Assembly (NCBI GenBank): GCA_000435175.1
Contig: FR880082.1
Location: forward strand, 31,476 to 95,475
Direction: 5' to 3'
Length of the DNA stretch: 64,000 nt
Origin: Clostridium sp. CAG:245
GTDB taxonomy: Bacteria; Bacillota; Clostridia; TANB77; CAG-508
Positions 58,681 to 64,000 of this stretch are shown piece after piece. The stretch's first letter is position 1, and each line of letters starts with the position of its first letter. The notes under the pieces are model-generated. The model saw only the letters and a list, made by a program, of their open reading frames with translations. It did not search any database and had not been told where the DNA came from. Position numbers and translations under genes: made by a program.

Positions 58681-59541
58681 TTAATGTTTTCTATTTTTCT
58701 TCCTTGTAAGCAACATAAAAATTACAATTACAGCCAATACCATTATTACACAAATAGCTGTTTTATTATCTTTTTTGTCTGTCGGAATACCAGATGTTTC
58801 TCGACTACTTTCTTTTATAACATCTATTTTATAAGATACTGTTTCAGTTTTGCCTTCTTTCGATACAGTTATAATAATAGTATTTTTTCCATCTTTTAGG
58901 TTTTCATTTCCTTCTACTGTAATTTTAGCATTTTCGTTTAAACATGACGTATCAACATCAATTTTTGAAGCTCCGTTATATATTTTTGCAGTATAACTAA
59001 ATACGTTTTCAGAAAACGATGGTGATAAATCAACTTCATCTTTATTTCCATTTTGGTCAACTGCATTTAATTTTATAGAAGAAAGTCTTAGAGTCTCATC
59101 TTGAATTTTTCTAGTTACTTTTATGAAATAAGTTCTTACAGTACCATTTTCTGCAGACACGTCAACTCTTAAATTATTTTCTCCAGTCTGAAGCTTTATA
59201 TTACCTGTGCCTGTAATGTTTGCTCTTTTATCATCAGCAATTGCCTTTATAGTTACATTATCTTCTTTCGTATCTGAATCTAATGTATATTCTTGAATTT
59301 GTTTATCAAATTCAGGTAATAATCTATATCCTTCTACTTCCAATGATGAAAGATAGTTATTACTTGATTTATTAGCATTTTCACTTTCTGCCTTTTGTTG
59401 ATTTGTAAGTTGTTCGTTTGCAAGTGTATCTGACATTTCATCTGTTAAATCTGCCATTCCAGCATATGATTTATTCATTGCTATCATTATCACCAATAGG
59501 ACCATCAATGATATAACTACCTTTATTTTACTTTTCTTCAT
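58681..59541 (-). CDS. cell-surface protein with two cadherin-like beta-sandwich domains and a C-terminal TM anchor
   Basis: Signal peptide. YLSSLEVEGYRLLPEFDKQIQEYTLD and LSSIKLNAVD...FSENVFSYTAKI repeats. C-terminal hydrophobic stretch followed by RKKNRKH. Confidence 0.6.
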   Translation of the reverse strand: MKKSKIKVVISLMVLLVIMIAMNKSYAGMADLTDEMSDTLANEQLTNQQKAESENANKSSNNYLSSLEVEGYRLLPEFDKQIQEYTLDSDTKEDNVTIKAIADDKRANITGTGNIKLQTGENNLRVDVSAENGTVRTYFIKVTRKIQDETLRLSSIKLNAVDQNGNKDEVDLSPSFSENVFSYTAKIYNGASKIDVDTSCLNENAKITVEGNENLKDGKNTIIITVSKEGKTETVSYKIDVIKESSRETSGIPTDKKDNKTAICVIMVLAVIVIFMLLTRKKNRKH

Positions 59542-59618
59542 ATTTTTTCCTCTCCTCAAGGTATAAAGTAGGCTGGAAATAATTTAATTATATTCAGCCT
59601 TTTTTATACTTTATAAAT

Positions 59619-62393
59619 TTATCTTAAATATTTGCTTGGTATAAATGCTTGTCTTCCATCTGAAATTATTATTCTATACCAATCATAACCATTTATATTT
59701 TTATAAGTAGAATTATCTATTACAGTTACTTCTGCATTTTCAGCTAATGCTGTAAGCTTTGCGACATCTGTACTTGGTCCAATTCTCACATTACATCCAT
59801 ATCCATCATTAGTCTTTACATTAGCTTTATAGTCACAAGTTTTAACATCATCTATTTGCTTTAAATATTTTCCAGACATATAGCCTATAGTTCCATCTGG
59901 TGTAACTACTTTCTGCCAATCTGAATTTATACCTCTTTCGATTGATAAGAAAACGGTTCCTTTGTCTGTAATTGTTTTAATTATATTTGAAGAAGTACTT
60001 GGTCCAGATCTTAATAATACGTTTGTTCCTGTCGTTTCAACATTCATAGGATATGTTTCAGAGCTAGCAGATGGTAATGGTGTAACCGTTTTATTCATTT
60101 GCTCATATAATGGAATTATGAAAGTAAAGCTTGAATCTAGCTTACTAGTATTTTTGTACATGCTTTGCAATGTTTTTGCTTCACTATAAGCTCCCATTAA
60201 GTTTTGCATATATTGATGAGTATATAATGAAGTTCCGTTTGTAGAGTCTATATCAAATCTATTTTGATATAATGTGTTTTGATAGTTTTCAAGCCAGTTG
60301 TCCTTACAGAACCCAATTCCGCCTTCTAGGGCTTTTTGCATTGTATCCCAACCTTCTTTTTTTGCTCTAGCTAAGGCATTTGCATAAATTTGCTCCCATC
60401 CAGTTCCATTTGCACTAATGTTGAATGGATTATAATACGTTTTTCCATCTCCACCATCCATGCCTCTTCCAATTTGCGTTCCATTATTTCCTTGTTCTTG
60501 AATTAGTCTTGCAATTATGTAATATGGGTTAACATTTGTGTTTCTACATGCTTTTTCTATATCGTCTGCATATTTTTCTAAATATGTACCTTTAACTTTA
60601 GCCTTTATTCCTTCTAGTGTGCAAGCTTCATCTAAATATTCATTTACATCTTGGAATTGAAATATATTTACTTCATCAAAAAAGTTTCTTGGGTCCATGT
60701 AATATGCTATAGCTTTTTCAGAAGCACAGTACCAGCCACTATCATATAGTTGTGTTCCACAAGTCGAACATACCCATTCTCCACTATTTGATGTTTCCAC
60801 TAAGTTTCTTCCATGTACTTCTGCTTCACCAGCAACTGCACTATCAAATTTCAATCCTGTATATAGGAATTTTACATTCCAATTTGGATGAGAGGCTAAT
60901 AATTTTTCGAGTGTTGCTTTATATCCGGGATATTTATTATCATCTATGTCTACAACAATTTTTGAATCAGTTATTGTAAATTTTTGTGCAACTCTTCCTG
61001 AATAATTTTGAATTGTTAAATTAGCACCTTCTTTAACTTCTTCATTCTCAACAGTCATATATAATTCACTATTTTTAGAAATTATGTAATATTCTCCATT
61101 TCCGGCTTCTTTTATAATCCATTTTTGTGCATCATAGCCATTGTTAGCATATTGAGTAATCTTAGTTCCAATTATTGTAGTTCCATTGGCAAGTTCTATT
61201 GATGTATTTGCATGTGTTGCAGTTATTGTGTAATATCCATCACCAACATATTTTATATTAAATTTTTGATTTGCAGTTTTGCCATTTTTCCAAAGTTCAA
61301 TCTTTTCACCATTATCTTTAGAGCTATGAGGAATATCTATTACAAGCCTTGTATTTACTACCGAAGCAATAGTATAAGTTCCATCTTCTAATGTTTTTGT
61401 ACCTTTCATTGCAGTTGGAACAGTAAGCTTAAATTTTTGGCTTGAAGAATTATTTAATTTTGATGTTACTATCTTTCCGTTATCAACTGTTAAATACAAG
61501 CCATTACATTTTGAAATTATGTAATAATATCCGTTTCCAGCGTCTCTAATTACCCATTGTTGGTTATTTCCACCATGGTACTCCCATTGGTCAACGGTTG
61601 CACCATTTTGTTTTGAGCTTCCTGCAACATCAATATATTTTCCAGAATGCATTGCAGATATTGTATAATAACCGTCATTTCTATATTTTATATTAAATTT
61701 TTGGTTGGCTGTAGATGAGTTTTCCCATACCCCAATATTTGTGCCATCTTGAGTAGAGCTTCCACCTATATCAACAACCTTTGATGTATCTTCAGCAGTT
61801 TGTATTTGATAAGTTCCATCATTTATTGTTTTAGTTCCTGTAGGTGTTTCTTCTCCCTCTTTTACAAATTTAAATTTTTGATTATTGCATCCATTACTAG
61901 TCCATACCTGCACTAATGAGCCATCATGAGCGTCAGAATGAGGTATATCTAAATATAATCCATTGCTCTTAGAAATTATGTTAAAATAGCCATTTCCAGC
62001 ATCTTTTATAATCCACTTTTGGTTATTTCCACCATGATATTCATATTGTAAAACTCGTGTTCCCGGTTTTTTTGAATTATTGGCAACATCAATAAGTTTT
62101 CCAGAATGTACAGGTGATATTGTATAACATCCATTTCCAATATACTTAATGGTAAATTTTTGGTTATTTGTTCCTCCACTTGTCCATAATTCCACCTTAG
62201 CATCGTTTGTTTTTAAACTGCTGTAAATATCAAACACAAATTTCTCGTTTAGAGCAGATTTTATAGTATATACTCCATCTTCAAGAGTTTGATTTGCATC
62301 AGTCGCAAAAGTAGTATTGCTGATGTTAAGAGTTCCAAAAAACACGCTAAGCAATACTACTATTTTTATAATATTTAAAATTTTTCTCTTCAT
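59619..62393 (-). CDS. secreted cell-wall hydrolase: ricin-type beta-trefoil lectin repeats, glucosaminidase-like domain and two SH3b domains
   Basis: Repeated (Q/N)xW motifs (NNQKW, ANQKF, NQQW). YIIARLIQEQGNNGT...YYNPFNISA glucosaminidase-like core. C-terminal NVLLRSGPSTSS and NVRIGPSTD SH3b-like units. Confidence 0.7.
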   Translation of the reverse strand: MKRKILNIIKIVVLLSVFFGTLNISNTTFATDANQTLEDGVYTIKSALNEKFVFDIYSSLKTNDAKVELWTSGGTNNQKFTIKYIGNGCYTISPVHSGKLIDVANNSKKPGTRVLQYEYHGGNNQKWIIKDAGNGYFNIISKSNGLYLDIPHSDAHDGSLVQVWTSNGCNNQKFKFVKEGEETPTGTKTINDGTYQIQTAEDTSKVVDIGGSSTQDGTNIGVWENSSTANQKFNIKYRNDGYYTISAMHSGKYIDVAGSSKQNGATVDQWEYHGGNNQQWVIRDAGNGYYYIISKCNGLYLTVDNGKIVTSKLNNSSSQKFKLTVPTAMKGTKTLEDGTYTIASVVNTRLVIDIPHSSKDNGEKIELWKNGKTANQKFNIKYVGDGYYTITATHANTSIELANGTTIIGTKITQYANNGYDAQKWIIKEAGNGEYYIISKNSELYMTVENEEVKEGANLTIQNYSGRVAQKFTITDSKIVVDIDDNKYPGYKATLEKLLASHPNWNVKFLYTGLKFDSAVAGEAEVHGRNLVETSNSGEWVCSTCGTQLYDSGWYCASEKAIAYYMDPRNFFDEVNIFQFQDVNEYLDEACTLEGIKAKVKGTYLEKYADDIEKACRNTNVNPYYIIARLIQEQGNNGTQIGRGMDGGDGKTYYNPFNISANGTGWEQIYANALARAKKEGWDTMQKALEGGIGFCKDNWLENYQNTLYQNRFDIDSTNGTSLYTHQYMQNLMGAYSEAKTLQSMYKNTSKLDSSFTFIIPLYEQMNKTVTPLPSASSETYPMNVETTGTNVLLRSGPSTSSNIIKTITDKGTVFLSIERGINSDWQKVVTPDGTIGYMSGKYLKQIDDVKTCDYKANVKTNDGYGCNVRIGPSTDVAKLTALAENAEVTVIDNSTYKNINGYDWYRIIISDGRQAFIPSKYLR

Positions 62394-62554
62394 AGTTTTA
62401 TCTTCTCCTGTTCTTAAACTTTTTGTCACAAAAACAAATTTTTTATCTAATTTTGTCTCTTTTATTTTAACATAAATTTAAGAATTAGAGAATAGTTTTT
62501 TATATTTTTTTATAACTTTTTTCTGATAAAATCCTTTTCTTGGTAATTGAATTT

Positions 62555-63493
62555 TTATTTTTTTAAATTTTCAATTTGTTCATATCTTAACAAATTTAAT
62601 TCATAATTTTCCCTGTGTTGTCTTGTTATTGTATCTAATATAATTGCACATTGGAAGGCAACAGCGGACAATCCCATAAAGCCTGTTGCAAGTATTGCAG
62701 AAGGCACCTTAGTAATAAAGTGTGTGTTAAAGAATTCAACAAGTACTGGTACTCCAACAGCAAGTCCCAATATAAAGAATATTAAGGCAATAGCTCCAAA
62801 AAATTTAAATGGTTTATAATCCTTAAACATTCTTGCAATTGTTTTTACAACTTTTATACCATCACTTATAGTGTTTAATTTTGAAGAGCTTCCCTCCGGT
62901 CTGTCTCTATAAATTATAGGAATTTCTTTTATAATATATTTTTTATCCAAGGCATATAAAGACATCTCTGTTTCTATCTCAAATTTAGGACTAAGAACAG
63001 GCATGTTTTTCACAAATCTCTTGTTAAATACTCTATATCCTGTCATAATGTCTTTTAAATCTGTCTTAAATAACACATTTATAGATTTTTTTACTAGATT
63101 ATTACCTAATTCGTGGAATGGTCTCTTGTTTTCCTTTTGATATGTTCCATTTGAAAGTCTATCTCCTATTGACATATCAGCCTCACCATTTTTTACTGGT
63201 TCAATCAGTTTGTGGACAAATTCAGCAGGATATGTGTCATCTCCATCAACCATTACATATATATCTGCTTCGATATCTCTAAATTGGCTTCTTACTACAT
63301 TGCCTTTTCCTTGTTTGTATTCATCTACAACTATTGCACCATTTTTCATAGCAATTTCTCTTGTTCTGTCTTTAGAATTGTTGTTGTAAACATATATATC
63401 GGCTTCTGGTAATTCTTTTTTAAAATCTTTTATTACTTTTTCGATTGTTAGTTCTTCATTATAACAAGGTATTAGTACTGCTATTTTTTCCAT
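62555..63493 (-). CDS. GT2 polyprenyl-phosphate glycosyltransferase-like protein with C-terminal TM helices
   Basis: VLIPCYNEELTI, NNNSKDRT and VDGDDTY. Confidence 0.8.
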   Translation of the reverse strand: MEKIAVLIPCYNEELTIEKVIKDFKKELPEADIYVYNNNSKDRTREIAMKNGAIVVDEYKQGKGNVVRSQFRDIEADIYVMVDGDDTYPAEFVHKLIEPVKNGEADMSIGDRLSNGTYQKENKRPFHELGNNLVKKSINVLFKTDLKDIMTGYRVFNKRFVKNMPVLSPKFEIETEMSLYALDKKYIIKEIPIIYRDRPEGSSSKLNTISDGIKVVKTIARMFKDYKPFKFFGAIALIFFILGLAVGVPVLVEFFNTHFITKVPSAILATGFMGLSAVAFQCAIILDTITRQHRENYELNLLRYEQIENLKK

Positions 63494-64000
63494 CTTCATT
63501 ATTTCCTTCCTTTATAAAATTCATTCCAAGATATACTGGTAATGCTAAGAATATTGGGTATGCATATCTGTATTCACAATAAGCAGGTGAAGCAATAAGC
63601 GTTAGCCATAATATAAATGTTGGTAGATAAACTAGCAAATATTTATATTTTTTCTTATAAATGGTATAACTTAGTGCAATTACAGTAAGTAAAACTCCTG
63701 CTCCAATGCTAAATACAAAGCCAAATACTGGTATTCCTCTTGCATCTATCAATCCATCTATCTGTTCAACCCATTTTCCATCTATTAATGGTGTTTGTTT
63801 AATTCCCATGTTATGGTCCATAGTAACTCTACTAACCACCGAATTTCTTACCTCTGGATAATAATATCCATACGAATTTGATATAAATGCTTCTATATAA
63901 TCTTTAGGATATTTTACGAATAATTTTAACCAAATCGATATAAATTCAGATTTATTTTCTGAAAAATATTCGTTATTAAAATTAAACTTTACAGGATCTG
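63459..64000 (-). CDS. membrane protein, C-terminal part (ORF continues past the right edge)
   Basis: My translation shows the frame of ORF 63459..63839 stays open to 64000 (...DPVKFNFNNEYFSENKSEFISIWLKLFVKYPKDYIEAF...). The TM-rich tail overlaps the next gene by 35-41 nt. Confidence 0.5.
   Translation of the reverse strand, partial: DPVKFNFNNEYFSENKSEFISIWLKLFVKYPKDYIEAFISNSYGYYYPEVRNSVVSRVTMDHNMGIKQTPLIDGKWVEQIDGLIDARGIPVFGFVFSIGAGVLLTVIALSYTIYKKKYKYLLVYLPTFILWLTLIASPAYCEYRYAYPIFLALPVYLGMNFIKEGNNEDGKNSSTNTLL

Noticed and set aside
1-64000. Search for tRNA, rRNA, CRISPR arrays, IS elements or integrases
   Set aside because: I saw no tRNA-like T-arm or acceptor pattern, no rRNA-like GC blocks, no spaced repeat arrays, and no DDE or tyrosine/serine recombinase signatures. 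The only recombination-related gene is the Rpn-like nuclease.

Overview
This 64 kb window comes from a very AT-rich genome (about 28-30% GC by eye), consistent with a Bacillota (Clostridia or Erysipelotrichia-like) chromosome. Nearly all genes lie on the minus strand.

Housekeeping backbone:
- A frameshifted zupT, a tail-less ftsZ-like gene and a HAD hydrolase.
- An MMPL exporter with a secreted LxxG-repeat partner, under a divergent TetR regulator.
- tsaC/sua5 and an Rpn-type nuclease.
- A fatty-acid synthesis block (fabD-fabG-fabF-accB-fabZ-accC-accD-accA-fabI) preceded by birA and an acyl-CoA synthetase.
- valS with a Val T-box leader, then galE, polA, queH and ruvB.
- A cell-wall glycopolymer locus at about 50.9-64 kb: TagO/WecA-like transferase, GT2 and GT4 glycosyltransferases, a Wzy-like protein, a TagGH-type ABC exporter and a ricin-lectin glucosaminidase.

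Most notable findings:
1. The left 6.8 kb is compositionally distinct (about 38-40% GC). It carries a tightly coupled six-gene operon driven by a perfect consensus promoter: a Ycf46-like AAA+ ATPase, a DUF1257-DUF2997 fusion, a MiaB/RimO-family radical-SAM methylthiotransferase with no recognisable TRAM domain, an unknown protein, and two Cys-rich CPxCGKxH zinc-ribbon/coiled-coil paralogs. I cannot match this to any described system, and it is my top candidate for novel biology.
2. A complete type III toxin-antitoxin locus at 9.9-10.7 kb: promoter, two 47-nt RNA repeats, terminator, then a ToxN/AbiQ-like toxin.
3. A pilin-like Ig-repeat surface protein gene with one frameshift and a 93-nt direct-repeat-flanked cassette. 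Recombination between the repeats would swap its C-terminal domain in frame.
4. A single-gene GC-rich orphan (46.97-47.46 kb) with a host-like promoter.
5. Several unexplained structured or GC-rich intergenic elements.

No rRNA, tRNA, CRISPR array, integrase or transposase was recognised. All family assignments rest on motif recognition by eye, with no searches run.
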